A stretch of 64,000 nt of DNA from positions 160,001-224,000 of the forward strand of contig CBDDDZ010000005.1 in the NCBI GenBank assembly GCA_965226795.1, written 5' to 3'. Below, in pieces: positions 20,489 through 30,513 of the stretch (position 1 is the stretch's first letter; every line of letters begins with the position of its first letter). The stretch comes from Candidatus Latescibacterota bacterium (GTDB lineage Bacteria; Latescibacterota; UBA2968; GCA-2709665). Under the pieces are notes generated by a model, which had not been told where the DNA came from, did no database searches, and was given only the letters and a program-made list of their open reading frames with translations. A program made the translations under genes and the position numbers.

Positions 20489-21580
20489 ATGGCTCCCGTC
20501 AAGCTGGGTGTTGTGGGATGCGGCGCAATCGCGCAGGTGCAGCACTTGCCGAATCTGGCGGGGCTGAGGAACGAGTTCGAGGTCACGACCGTATGCGATC
20601 TGTCGCCCGGATTGGCTGACTGGACCGCGAAAACATTCCATGTGCCCGCGTCGGTGACGGATTTTCGCAGGCTTGTCACGTCGGACGACGTGGAGGCGGT
20701 GCTCCTGTGCCATTCAGACCCGAAGACCGAAGCGGCCGTGGCCGCGCTGGACGCGGGCAAACATGTGTTCATTGAAAAGCCGGTCTGCTTTTCGCTCAGG
20801 GAGGCGGATGCGATCGCTCGGGCGGCCGAAGGGACCGGCGTTGTGGCGCAGGCGGGTTACATGAAGGTGTACGATCCGGCGTTCGAGACCGCGAAAGCCG
20901 ATGTGGACGGGATGTCGGATATCCGCTTTGTTCAGGTGAACCATCTGCACCCGGACAACCGGCTACACCTGCAACAATACAGGCTGAAGCGGTTTGACGA
21001 TCTGCCGGCCGGCCCCGTGGCGGAGACGCGTGCAGCCAGGGAGGCGGCGGTACTTGAGGCGATAGGTGAGGCCCCCGAAGACGCGGTTCGTGCTTTTTTT
21101 ACGCTTTCAGGAAGCATGATCCATGATTTGTACTGTCTCCGGGCGATGCTGGGGATGCCGGAGTCGGTGATCAGCACGGAGGTGTGGAACGAGGGGCGGG
21201 CGATTTCGACAGTACTGTCTTACTGCAACGGCGCGCGCTGCGTCGCATCCTGGGTCGACCTGCCTGAGCTCTGGGATTTCAAGGAGACGCTGGAAGTGTA
21301 CGGCGGCAACCGACGCGTGCTGGTTTCCTATCCGACGGGTTTCGCCAGGGGGATTCTGTCCACGGTCGTCGTGTACGAGATAAACGCCGGGGGCGAGACG
21401 TCCATCCGGCGGCCGGCGGTTGCATGGGAAAGCCCCTTTGTGCGGGAACTGCGCCACTTCCATTCATGTATTATCGGGCAGGGCTCCTGCCGGACACCCG
21501 TGGTTGAGGCGCGGGAGGATATCAGGTTGATCATCGACATCACACGGTCGTTTATGGAACGCCGCCCGATAACAACGTAG
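20489..21580 (+). CDS. Gfo/Idh/MocA family oxidoreductase
   Basis: GVVGCGAIA, GKHVFIEKP, GYMKVYDP, MIHD. Confidence 0.92.
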   Translation: MAPVKLGVVGCGAIAQVQHLPNLAGLRNEFEVTTVCDLSPGLADWTAKTFHVPASVTDFRRLVTSDDVEAVLLCHSDPKTEAAVAALDAGKHVFIEKPVCFSLREADAIARAAEGTGVVAQAGYMKVYDPAFETAKADVDGMSDIRFVQVNHLHPDNRLHLQQYRLKRFDDLPAGPVAETRAAREAAVLEAIGEAPEDAVRAFFTLSGSMIHDLYCLRAMLGMPESVISTEVWNEGRAISTVLSYCNGARCVASWVDLPELWDFKETLEVYGGNRRVLVSYPTGFARGILSTVVVYEINAGGETSIRRPAVAWESPFVRELRHFHSCIIGQGSCRTPVVEAREDIRLIIDITRSFMERRPITT

Positions 21581-21604
21581 TGGCGAGACACACAATAACG
21601 AGAC

Positions 21605-21641
21605 AAGGGCCCGGGAAGATCGAAGCGGGCCCTTTCGTTTT
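21605..21641 (+). terminator. Intrinsic terminator between convergent genes
   Basis: AAGGGCCCG-loop-CGGGCCCTT followed by TCGTTTT. Confidence 0.6.
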
Positions 21642-21708
21642 GTCCACTTACGGAAGCAGTCGAAACCGATTCTTTAGATGACCCGGATGCCTGCGCATCA
21701 AGGTGTTG

Positions 21709-22668
21709 CTATTGCCGACCATCCGAAACCGGGTAGAGCGTCAGCCTGGCTTTCCTCCCCCCGCCTTCATCGGCGACAATCAACGTGCCGTCCGCAGCGA
21801 AGGTAATTCCTTCAACCTGACGATGCCACTGCGCCGGAAACTTCCTGACGGCAACGACGCGCCCGGCCGGCGTAATTTCCGCAATGGCCCCCTGCCGGGC
21901 AGCTATTACGTAATAGTTCCCCGACACCGGATGCCGTTCGATTCCCGACGGATGAAATTTTCGTCCGCTGATGTGTCGAGAGAATTCAGCGACAGGGATT
22001 ACGAGACGTACATCACCATTCAGCTGTTTTTTGTCAATTGACCACTGGTATATTGCCAGCTGTCCTTCCATTTCCAGACTGCGAGAGTCCTTGCACATCA
22101 GTAAGAGTCCCCGCTGGCTCCGGTCATACGTCAAGCCCTCTATTTCGCAATCTCTGCCCACCCCGGTCGTGTAGACATTAAAGAGAACGGACTCGCCGGA
22201 AGTTCCCTCACGAAACTCGTATAGCCGTCCTGAACTTGTGACCATGAAGATCTTGTCGTCAGTTGCGGCAATGCCCTCGAAATCACCGGCAACCGGGTAA
22301 TTCAAGTCCGCCAGTTGGAATGCTTTTTGGATTGACCCGTTCTGATAATCGATCTCGAAAACGATCGCTCTTTCGTCGTTGTGCGCCAGGAGCCGGTTGT
22401 CTCCGGTCATTGCCAGACCGGAGATCTCCTCGAGAGGCCCGGGGAGCTTCCAGTGCGTCGCGGTTTCGGGGTTCAGACTATAGCTTTCGAGAGATATTCT
22501 CGTTTTCGGTGCCGCCACAGAGAGGACGATCGAAGTGTCCTGATCTGAATTTGGCGGATCTCCAATGAAATCTGCGGATGCATCCCTTCCGAATCCCATC
22601 GAGATCAGGTAAAGAAGAATGCCGAAAATGAGGAAGTCCAGCGGGGATCTGTCTTTGTGATTGTTCAT
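21709..22668 (-). CDS. SdiA-regulated (YjiK-like) beta-propeller protein, exported
   Basis: N-terminal hydrophobic segment; repeated EISGL, DFEGI, EIEGL, PSGI, QVEGITF...ADEG blades. Confidence 0.75.
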   Translation of the reverse strand: MNNHKDRSPLDFLIFGILLYLISMGFGRDASADFIGDPPNSDQDTSIVLSVAAPKTRISLESYSLNPETATHWKLPGPLEEISGLAMTGDNRLLAHNDERAIVFEIDYQNGSIQKAFQLADLNYPVAGDFEGIAATDDKIFMVTSSGRLYEFREGTSGESVLFNVYTTGVGRDCEIEGLTYDRSQRGLLLMCKDSRSLEMEGQLAIYQWSIDKKQLNGDVRLVIPVAEFSRHISGRKFHPSGIERHPVSGNYYVIAARQGAIAEITPAGRVVAVRKFPAQWHRQVEGITFAADGTLIVADEGGGRKARLTLYPVSDGRQ

Positions 22669-22751
22669 CTTCGATAAGACCGTAATGGGTTCTTTTTCAG
22701 TTCGTGCCCGCCTTAACTTCCCTGGTATGCGGAAGGTCTTGAGATTACGGG

Positions 22752-23690
22752 TTACAAACTCTGATCTGTATTAACTCCTGTCAGTTCGACGTCTATTATA
22801 CGCTTTTTCCCTCTCTTCTCTATATCCCGGACAAGAGAGGGCAGATCGACGGATCGTTTCGAAGAAACATCATACACAACCACGACCGAACCATCGTCTT
22901 TTTCGATTACTTCCGCTACCTTCCACTTTATGCTACCGGAGTTACGGGTCGGGTCTGCTGCTTTTTGCGCTGCATTGACGTTCGTTGCATGCACGGCTAT
23001 CCGGCAATCACAGGAATTCCCGTTGGCATTATCCTCTAATTCGGAGGTTCCGACCGATTTCCTCGGCGAGACGATTCTCCAGCCGGAAACTACAGGAGGT
23101 CGTGCTCCATAGTTGGTTTTCCACACGCCCAGTGTTATGGTTACGAAAGCCAACGATGCGAGGTAGGCCACCGTCGTAAGCTGGGTGCCGGCGGCCAGCC
23201 CGATGCCGATGACCATAAACATGTACACGGCATCCATCGTTGCTTTGAGGGAGATCCGAAAACTGACGGCGGCCACGATGCCCGCCAGGCTGAACGCAAG
23301 GGCAAGACTGCCTTTAACCAGGAAAACAACCAGCGAAATGGCGACGGGCATCATGAGCAGCGTGTGTAAAAAGGACTGACTGTAATTTTTGGGCGAATTC
23401 GTCCACGCATATACCCAGGTAATCGGTAGCGTAACCGCGAAGGCCAGTACCAGAGCGACCACAACCGGAATCGTGTGAGCCGGATCCGCAAGTCGATTTA
23501 TTCCTTCTTTGATGTTTCCGAGAGGAATGCCAGCGTCAATTCCGGAGTCGAGGGATTTTCCTATGAATATGCGCTCCCTCTCCTGGGCGACGTAATGGAG
23601 AATTTGGGGATAGAAGTGAAAAATCGAATTGAGAATCACAAGCCAGGTGATATAGTAAAAGAGCAGACGTACGATGATGTTGTTGAACAT
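22752..23690 (-). CDS. DUF4956-family membrane protein
   Basis: SLALAFSLAGIVAAVSFR...DAVYMFMVIGIGLAAG signature, several TMs, GGAGG RBS. Confidence 0.75.
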   Translation of the reverse strand: MFNNIIVRLLFYYITWLVILNSIFHFYPQILHYVAQERERIFIGKSLDSGIDAGIPLGNIKEGINRLADPAHTIPVVVALVLAFAVTLPITWVYAWTNSPKNYSQSFLHTLLMMPVAISLVVFLVKGSLALAFSLAGIVAAVSFRISLKATMDAVYMFMVIGIGLAAGTQLTTVAYLASLAFVTITLGVWKTNYGARPPVVSGWRIVSPRKSVGTSELEDNANGNSCDCRIAVHATNVNAAQKAADPTRNSGSIKWKVAEVIEKDDGSVVVVYDVSSKRSVDLPSLVRDIEKRGKKRIIDVELTGVNTDQSL

Positions 23691-23708
23691 AGCATCCTCC
23701 TTCACTGG

Positions 23709-23870
23709 CTAGTCCTGTATCCCACATAGAGATTTACGTATTCGTTCGAAATTCCAGAGGATCGATCTTGCGGTTGCAGTCAAGTCGAATGGCCCGATCT
23801 TCTCGTAGTAGCTATCGGCAAAGGTTCGGATTCCGTTCGCGAGTTCCTGGACGGATCCGGAGGAGCCGCT
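23709..23870 (-). mobile_element. IS630-family transposase 3'-end remnant
   Basis: Minus-strand translation SVQELANGIRTFADSYYEKIGPFDLTATARSILWNFERIRKSLCGIQD* resembles IS630 transposase C-termini and ends at a CTAG. Confidence 0.6.
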
Positions 23871-23957
23871 TGAAAACAACATACAATGTTGCCAGGCAAT
23901 ATAAGCTTGTTGAATTGTATGGCATTCGAGCAGAATTCGGGTTCTCCGGCAGGCTCC

Positions 23958-24071
23958 TCGTGTTCTGTACCGGAAATAGATTGCCGAAATTCGGCCGCCG
24001 AGCGAGGGCAACGCAGCGAGACGAGATGAACCGGCGGATGAATGGTGACATATTTCTGGGACGGGACACTA
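23958..24071. mobile_element. IS630-type MITE family B, copy 2
   Basis: TIRs TCGTGTTCTGTACCGGAAATAG / ATATTTCTGGGACGGGACACTA. The terminal CTA is the TAG stop of the Omp85 gene. Confidence 0.7.
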
Positions 24072-26789
24072 AAACATGAAGCCACCACGAAGGTATACGC
24101 CCATCAGATCTTCGCCCTTTGCGACTGCCAGACTCAAGGTCTGACGTCGCTTGAGGTTGGACAACCAGATTCCACCTCCGAAACTGGTGTGCCATTTTGG
24201 TGTATCGACTGAATCTCCATCATAAAACACCCGGCCGGCATCAGCTGTACCGAACAAGCCGAACTCTCCCAGCGTTAATGTCTTGACTCTGGCCAGAACC
24301 AGCCGCAATTCGGAATTCACATACAGGGAGGTATCTCCGGCGAACCGGTTTTTCCTGAAGCCGCGTAAATTGCCGCTGGATATGCCAGTCCCTACAACAC
24401 CGGTCCCGCCCAGAAACGCGCTCTCGTAGAAAGGAAAGGCCCCCCACACCTTCTTGCCACCCGCTCTTACGGCAAGGGTCGGGTTCGTTGGAATCGGAGC
24501 AGTCAGGTAAGTGCTGGCTTCCAAATCTACATTTCCAAAGGTCGATTCCATAGTCCGGATTCCCGGGTAGATGGCTCCGGCAGCCCTGACCCGAATCCCT
24601 CGGGTAGTGTACCCCGGGTTGTTACGCGTATCGTAGCTCATTTCTCCCCGTGCGCCTACCTGACCGAAGGAACCCGTACCGTACAACCGGTGATCGAGAG
24701 AACCGATAAATTTCCCCTTATTGGACATGAGCGGTATATCTGAATACTTTATGATCGGCCCGAAGTCAATGTTTAATTTCGAGCGAAGCGATTCCATGCC
24801 AGCATCGGGCACATCTCCCTTATGCTCTTTCGCTCGAAACTCCAGGGCCGGCGCGAAAACGAAGAGCCTTTGCTCCAGCTTATAGAAGGAAGTCGCCTGC
24901 GAAATCTCCGTATTGTTTCCGAATCCGTTGAACCGCAGCAACTGGATTCCGGAGTACTCGAAGTGGATCCTCACGTCGAAGGCGTGCACCGGCTGGCGAT
25001 AGTTTCCGGTATAGGAAACAAACGGCTTGAGACTCTTGAACCCATTCAGTGCCGCCAGCCCGACGGTAAATTTGTGTTGAGAAGAGAACGGGTTTTTCCG
25101 ATAACCGTAGTAGTGCCGGATATGATGTACTCCCGCATACACGTGCAGATCCGGATTGGTCATTAAAATAGGTAGATTCAAAACCCGCTTGCCCCAATCC
25201 AGTGCATACCTGGCATTCGGCGTATGCGATCCGGCAGGCCGCTTGTAAGAACGCTCGACGATCCCCGCTCCATTGCCCGTGACGAACCGATTCATTCCAC
25301 GTGAATCATAAAACCTGGTTTTTGAGGCACCGGCCAGGGATAAGTTCGTGAGCGTGTCATCCCCACCTCCACCATCGATGCGTACGACAATCCGCCCCCT
25401 GGTTCCGGAAATTTCCGCACGGTCATCTCCCCTCCCGAGGTGTATCCGGATTTCCCGGGTTTCTTTGTGATGAAACGTCCGTTGGAACCAGGGCGCCTTC
25501 CTTTTTCCGCCAGTGCCTTCCATCAGGCCGATACGGACTACGAGATCACCGCTCGGCAGGTGCTCGCACTGGACGTACTCGTCCTGATCTGTTGCCTGGA
25601 TTTCGGCTTCGCGGGTAATTAATTCATAGTATCTGGCTGTAAATTCAGACAAAGTATTCCGCCTCGATTTGAGGGCTTCGGCAAGGGTCTTCCCGACCAT
25701 CTTGTAATACGGAGGCGGCAGCTTCCTCACGGCGTTCTCGATGACCGGGTCGGGTAGACTCGCGCGAAAAGCCGTTACTACCGAATCCCACGCTGCCTTG
25801 TTGAGTTCGACCAGAAATTCGCGGTCTATTTCCCAACCAGTCGTCGTGAGGCCGATTAAACTGGGATACGTCTCCTGAAACTGGATTTGTATGGGAAATA
25901 GTTGCCGCGCTATCGCCATGGCAAGCCCTTCGAAGTGGATAAAGGCCTGGTCGCGATCCTCGGGTATCGGGAGCCAGCTATGACAATTGCCGTCAGGAAA
26001 CCGCGCCCATCTCCACTGACCGTAATGACGGTCCTTGTCGTTGATGAGAAAATCCATCAGTCTCGCTTTTAGAAAGGCACGGGCATTCACGCGGTTGCGG
26101 GGGCTTTTTTCCAGGTGTTTCCTCAGCTTGTCCGTTCCACTGACCTTCCGGGAACCGGCAAAGCCGGGGGAATCGTCCACCCCTTCGGACGGGTGTTCCT
26201 GCAGCGTTCCTATCAGGCCGGCAAACTCCCGTCGGTACACTTTAAGCCTGGGATCGTCCGGTATCACTACGAGCGTATGCCTGGAATGGAGGATACCGGC
26301 GGCCTTCATCAGCGGATCGACCACGAGCGCTCCTGTTGGCAGCATCGCACAGATCAGATCCTGAAGGACTTCGCCCACGAACGTATTCGCGATTTCGTCC
26401 GGGACCCTTCTGGTCGCATCCTTATCCAGCGAACGCACTGTATACCTGCGGCCGTCTTTCCCTGTAAAGTGAAGAGAGATGGATTGTCCGAAGCCGCCGG
26501 TGCGCAGCGGCGTCAGGCCGCCACCTACGGCGTCGAGATCCAGGACTGCAACCTCGATAGGGGTGTTCCAGAGGTCCCGGTAATTGCTGCCGTAGAGCCA
26601 GCGTTTGAATCCGCCGGCTCTGAATCTTTCCCCGGGAATCACCAGATGAGTCCGGGCGCCCTTCGGAGGAATGGATCGCTGAATCATGGACCCCGGAGCC
26701 GGTGAACTCTTTTGAGGTGTGGATTCTGCGGGAACGGAAAAAGCGAGCACTATCAGGAGCAGAACCGGGTTCCGTCTGGAAAACATCAT
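24069..26789 (-). CDS. Omp85/BamA-family outer membrane protein with N-terminal atypical-kinase-like domain
   Basis: Signal peptide; GGFGQS, DKDRHYGQW and PEDRDQAF motifs; Omp85 lid motif LRGF.KNRFAGD, YDTRN, terminal Phe (GFMF). Confidence 0.75.
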   Translation of the reverse strand: MMFSRRNPVLLLIVLAFSVPAESTPQKSSPAPGSMIQRSIPPKGARTHLVIPGERFRAGGFKRWLYGSNYRDLWNTPIEVAVLDLDAVGGGLTPLRTGGFGQSISLHFTGKDGRRYTVRSLDKDATRRVPDEIANTFVGEVLQDLICAMLPTGALVVDPLMKAAGILHSRHTLVVIPDDPRLKVYRREFAGLIGTLQEHPSEGVDDSPGFAGSRKVSGTDKLRKHLEKSPRNRVNARAFLKARLMDFLINDKDRHYGQWRWARFPDGNCHSWLPIPEDRDQAFIHFEGLAMAIARQLFPIQIQFQETYPSLIGLTTTGWEIDREFLVELNKAAWDSVVTAFRASLPDPVIENAVRKLPPPYYKMVGKTLAEALKSRRNTLSEFTARYYELITREAEIQATDQDEYVQCEHLPSGDLVVRIGLMEGTGGKRKAPWFQRTFHHKETREIRIHLGRGDDRAEISGTRGRIVVRIDGGGGDDTLTNLSLAGASKTRFYDSRGMNRFVTGNGAGIVERSYKRPAGSHTPNARYALDWGKRVLNLPILMTNPDLHVYAGVHHIRHYYGYRKNPFSSQHKFTVGLAALNGFKSLKPFVSYTGNYRQPVHAFDVRIHFEYSGIQLLRFNGFGNNTEISQATSFYKLEQRLFVFAPALEFRAKEHKGDVPDAGMESLRSKLNIDFGPIIKYSDIPLMSNKGKFIGSLDHRLYGTGSFGQVGARGEMSYDTRNNPGYTTRGIRVRAAGAIYPGIRTMESTFGNVDLEASTYLTAPIPTNPTLAVRAGGKKVWGAFPFYESAFLGGTGVVGTGISSGNLRGFRKNRFAGDTSLYVNSELRLVLARVKTLTLGEFGLFGTADAGRVFYDGDSVDTPKWHTSFGGGIWLSNLKRRQTLSLAVAKGEDLMGVYLRGGFMF

Positions 26790-26892
26790 TGTTGTCCTTA
26801 TCGCTTCCGGAGATCTTGAGAACCTGAAATCGGACAGACGAATTCGCTTCTGCAACACTTCAACATGCAACTATCAGTAGTTATCCTGCACA

Positions 26893-29142
26893 TCAAAACC
26901 CGAATCCGATTGCTGCATTAATCTTGATATCCTTTTTTTGATTGCTCACGATGTCGACGCGAATAGGGCCCAAAAGCGATGTGTAGACATAACCCCCGAT
27001 TCCAAAACCGTGGATAGGGGTATATGCCCGCTCGGGATTCGAGTTCATGTCGTATAGACCGCCCTGATAGAAAATCCTGATACCACTGCGTGGCAGGGAT
27101 TCCCAGAATTTAACGTGCTTCGATATAGATATGCCGACCGATGCGAACCTGGAAACCCTCAATTCATCGCGTTTGAGACCGACCACCGGCAGTGCCGCGC
27201 TACTGAAGTGTCCTGCACCACCCAATGTAAAGTATTCAAAAACCGGTGCAGGCAGTGTCACATAGCCTCCGTAGGACCAGAGGCCAACACTCAATCGCGA
27301 ATGGGGACTGGCGAAGTACGCGAGTTGCGTTTGAATTTGCTTATGTGAAAACGTCCGATGAATCCATTTTGCCCGTGTTTGAAAATAGATGCCCCGCTTT
27401 GGCAATAGCGCATCGTCTCGTGTGTCAACACCTGCAGACAACCAGAAGCCGGGCAGATATTCGGACGCATCGCCTATCGAACGGGCCGCATAGCGGATAC
27501 GGGCATGCTCCACCTGGTACCCAACCTCGAAACCACCCCAACTGTGGAACAATGCCTGCATTCCAAGTCGTGCGCGAAAACGTCTTTCCTCGTACCCGCC
27601 CTCGCGTTGCCGATCTCGAAAATACAACCGCTCCTGATCCCAACCCTGAACATCCCCCAGCAGACCAAGGCGCCTGGAAGACCGGAAAATCAGGACCATT
27701 TCGCCGAAATTCAAATTGCCCACCAGGCCGCGTAAATAGAGCTCTGATATGCGGCCAAGTGTATTCTGATGCGCAATCTCGCCCAGTACCGAAACCCGGT
27801 AATCGTTGTTGTAATGAAGCCCCACTTTCAACTCGCTGGGGGGGTTTTCGAGCACGTGAAAGACCAATTCGGTCTGGCCTTCATTATAGTTCACATGGTA
27901 ATCCACGGTCTGAAACAGTCCAGTCGAATACAACCGGCCGGATTCGCGTTCCAGTTCCTGAAACGATATAGGCTTATTGACGAACTTTTCCAGCCGCAGC
28001 CTGAATAACGCTTTTGAATAACGTTTTAGACCGTCTATCCGAACCCGGGAAATTACAATATCCGGCGGTATATCCGCCCAGGTCGTGACATCGAACTCAT
28101 CTGGTAATTTGGATGTTCTCGGCTTTCCGACGCGTTTTTGAAGCCCAAGCGTCCGCAATGCGCTCCAGATCGCATCCATATGTTTTTCGGTTTCACGCTC
28201 GCCGATCGGAATCAGGGTGTAAGACCGATTGAAATCGCTTGCATCGAATTTTTCCAAGTCGGGCAATATCAACATGTTGGAGCGTTTTCGGTTGGCGATT
28301 TTTCTTTCTTCGATTCGAAAACTGATAGCTTGATCGATGACGTCGATAATATCCTCAACTTCGTGTTTTTGAGTACGCAGGGGCGTGGCGCAATCCACGG
28401 CAATAACAAAATCAGCGCCGGCGTCCAATGCGACATCCACAGGCAGATTATTTACAATGCCGCCGTCTACAAGATGGGTATGTTCCGTACTCATTGGCGC
28501 GAACACCCCCGGAACAGAAATACTGGCCCTGATCGCAGCACCGAGAGAGCCATTATCGAGTACGACCTGTTCTCCCGAAAGAATATCTGTTGCAATTGCG
28601 CGGAAAGGCGTTGGAAGTCGATCAAAATCGTTTTGCGCCCTATAGGTCGCGCCGAGGGTCAATTGATTGAGAAAATGATGAATCTTCTGTCCGGCAAAAA
28701 TCCCATACGGCAACTTAAGTTTCAGTTCTTCGAGGTGCAATGCAAGCATCTGTCGATCTGCCATCGGTTTTCTATTCATATTCGACAGACGACGGTCGGG
28801 GCTATTTGTGGTTATTTCCCACCAGTCTGTATCTACGATTATGCGTTCAAGGTTATCAACAGAATAGCCGGCAGCGTACAATCCTCCAACCAGAGCGCCA
28901 TAGCTCACCCCCACAACCAGATCGATGGGTACCCCCTCGCGCTCGAGTACGCGCAACACGCCGATATGTGCGCCTCCACGCGCGCCGCCTCCGCTGAGCA
29001 CGAGCGCGACACGGGGTTTCTGTTTTGCAAGAGCAGGAAGCGTGCTTAACATGGCAAAAACGAAACACGATATCAACACGCTCAGGACGAATGGGCGCTG
29101 AACTATCCCGCACTTTGTCGCGTGTATATTTCCGCCCGTCAT
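26893..29142 (-). CDS. Patatin-POTRA-Omp85 protein (PlpD/type Vd-like phospholipase)
   Basis: GGGARG, GVSYG (GxSxG), DGG; POTRA-like RLYSTGLFQTV...VFHVLEN; VDTRD; terminal GFGF. Confidence 0.88.
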   Translation of the reverse strand: MTGGNIHATKCGIVQRPFVLSVLISCFVFAMLSTLPALAKQKPRVALVLSGGGARGGAHIGVLRVLEREGVPIDLVVGVSYGALVGGLYAAGYSVDNLERIIVDTDWWEITTNSPDRRLSNMNRKPMADRQMLALHLEELKLKLPYGIFAGQKIHHFLNQLTLGATYRAQNDFDRLPTPFRAIATDILSGEQVVLDNGSLGAAIRASISVPGVFAPMSTEHTHLVDGGIVNNLPVDVALDAGADFVIAVDCATPLRTQKHEVEDIIDVIDQAISFRIEERKIANRKRSNMLILPDLEKFDASDFNRSYTLIPIGERETEKHMDAIWSALRTLGLQKRVGKPRTSKLPDEFDVTTWADIPPDIVISRVRIDGLKRYSKALFRLRLEKFVNKPISFQELERESGRLYSTGLFQTVDYHVNYNEGQTELVFHVLENPPSELKVGLHYNNDYRVSVLGEIAHQNTLGRISELYLRGLVGNLNFGEMVLIFRSSRRLGLLGDVQGWDQERLYFRDRQREGGYEERRFRARLGMQALFHSWGGFEVGYQVEHARIRYAARSIGDASEYLPGFWLSAGVDTRDDALLPKRGIYFQTRAKWIHRTFSHKQIQTQLAYFASPHSRLSVGLWSYGGYVTLPAPVFEYFTLGGAGHFSSAALPVVGLKRDELRVSRFASVGISISKHVKFWESLPRSGIRIFYQGGLYDMNSNPERAYTPIHGFGIGGYVYTSLLGPIRVDIVSNQKKDIKINAAIGFGF

Positions 29143-30093
29143 CCGGTTTCCTGCATTGGATGGATTCGACCGCTTTTTGGGTCACACATCGCAACAACCG
29201 ATCTGAATGATTCAGCGCGCAATTATGTGGCGTGGGCCTTCAGTGTGTGGGCGTGCCACCGGACAACGGCCGCTCCAGCCAACCTGCCGGGCATCGGACG
29301 CAGAAAGGCAGGAAACGACCGGGTTGGGGACGTTGGCAACGAGACCTTCAAAGCCTTTGATTCAGACCGTCGTAAGGAGGACTTGGCTGGCAAGGAGAAC
29401 GAAACGTGATAGATCGCTGAGCGGGCCTCCGGAAAAGGCAAAGTGAGAGCCGGGCGACCGGCATGCACCTGATACCTCCGGAGAAGATTCGGAAACTGCC
29501 CAGGATGTCGGGGATTGCCTCTGTCTTCGTTGAAACGGACGAGGCTCCAATGTTTACTGGATACATCAATCCATTGAAGGAAACTGTATCCGCAACCATG
29601 GGAGCCTATGACGAAGAAGGTACCATCGAATTTCCGTGAAGTCAAGTTGAACAGGAACGCCGGTTCAACCACTGGTAAGGTCCCTGAGGAATAGGCAAGA
29701 GACGTTGTCGCTCGCGTGCTCAGAGGTATTGCCACGCGCCCCTACGCGCGCTACATTACTCTCCAATTCCAAGAATGGAGTTGACTTATCAATATAGGCA
29801 CAGGGGTTGGCGGAATTCGGGTGGCTGCCACCCATTCCCCTTGCTTGGAAAGCCGCCCGACTGATAACGTACCTTGTCGAACGCAAGCGCCAGGCAAATA
29901 TCATGCGGGGTGAACCGGGTGCCTTTATCTGCCACTCCGCCACGGTTCAGGCGCACAAAAGCTGTCGCGTAAACGATAAACGAAGTCCGACATAATTAGC
30001 AGCAGATAGAATCACGTAAAAACGTCTATGATGTCAAGGCTGAAAGCTTGTCCTATTGTGCAAGATTTGCCCTGGATTCCACTTTCTTGCGAT

Positions 30094-30360
30094 TTATGTT
30101 CGAATCGTCTCGATCTCTCGTTTGGTAGACCGTACCAACGGTCGACAGATTCGCAAAACCGCTTCAAATTGTGCATCGTCGCCAAATTCACGGGTAGACA
30201 CAAACAGCCCACTGTTACCCGACCTGGGTCCACCGGTAGGATTTCGGATATCGGGGGCTCCCATCTTGCCTCACCTATCCTTCACTTCTACTCCGATGCG
30301 GGTTTCTGAATGTTCGTGCACGTCAGGTCCCACCTCTTGTCCATCCTCCTCTATTTCTTC
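30094..30360 (-). pseudogene. Mrr-family restriction endonuclease C-terminal remnant
   Basis: Minus frame reads TRIGVEVKDR*GKMGAPDIRNPTGGPRSGNSGLFVSTREFGDDAQFEA, resembling Mrr_cat (VEVKH..GxMGAPEIR..GG...GLYVST.GF...A.YEA). Internal TGA at 30271-30273. Confidence 0.6.
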
Positions 30361-30513
30361 CGGGGTAAAACGGATAGGATGGAGCGGCGCGGACTAACTC
30401 CCGGTTGGACCCGGTCTTCAGTCCTGGCGGCGGATTCGACGATCGCCTATCGACTTCATTCAATCGGGCCGGATTTATCGCAGGACCCCGGACCTATCTT
30501 CAGGAGGTAAGAT

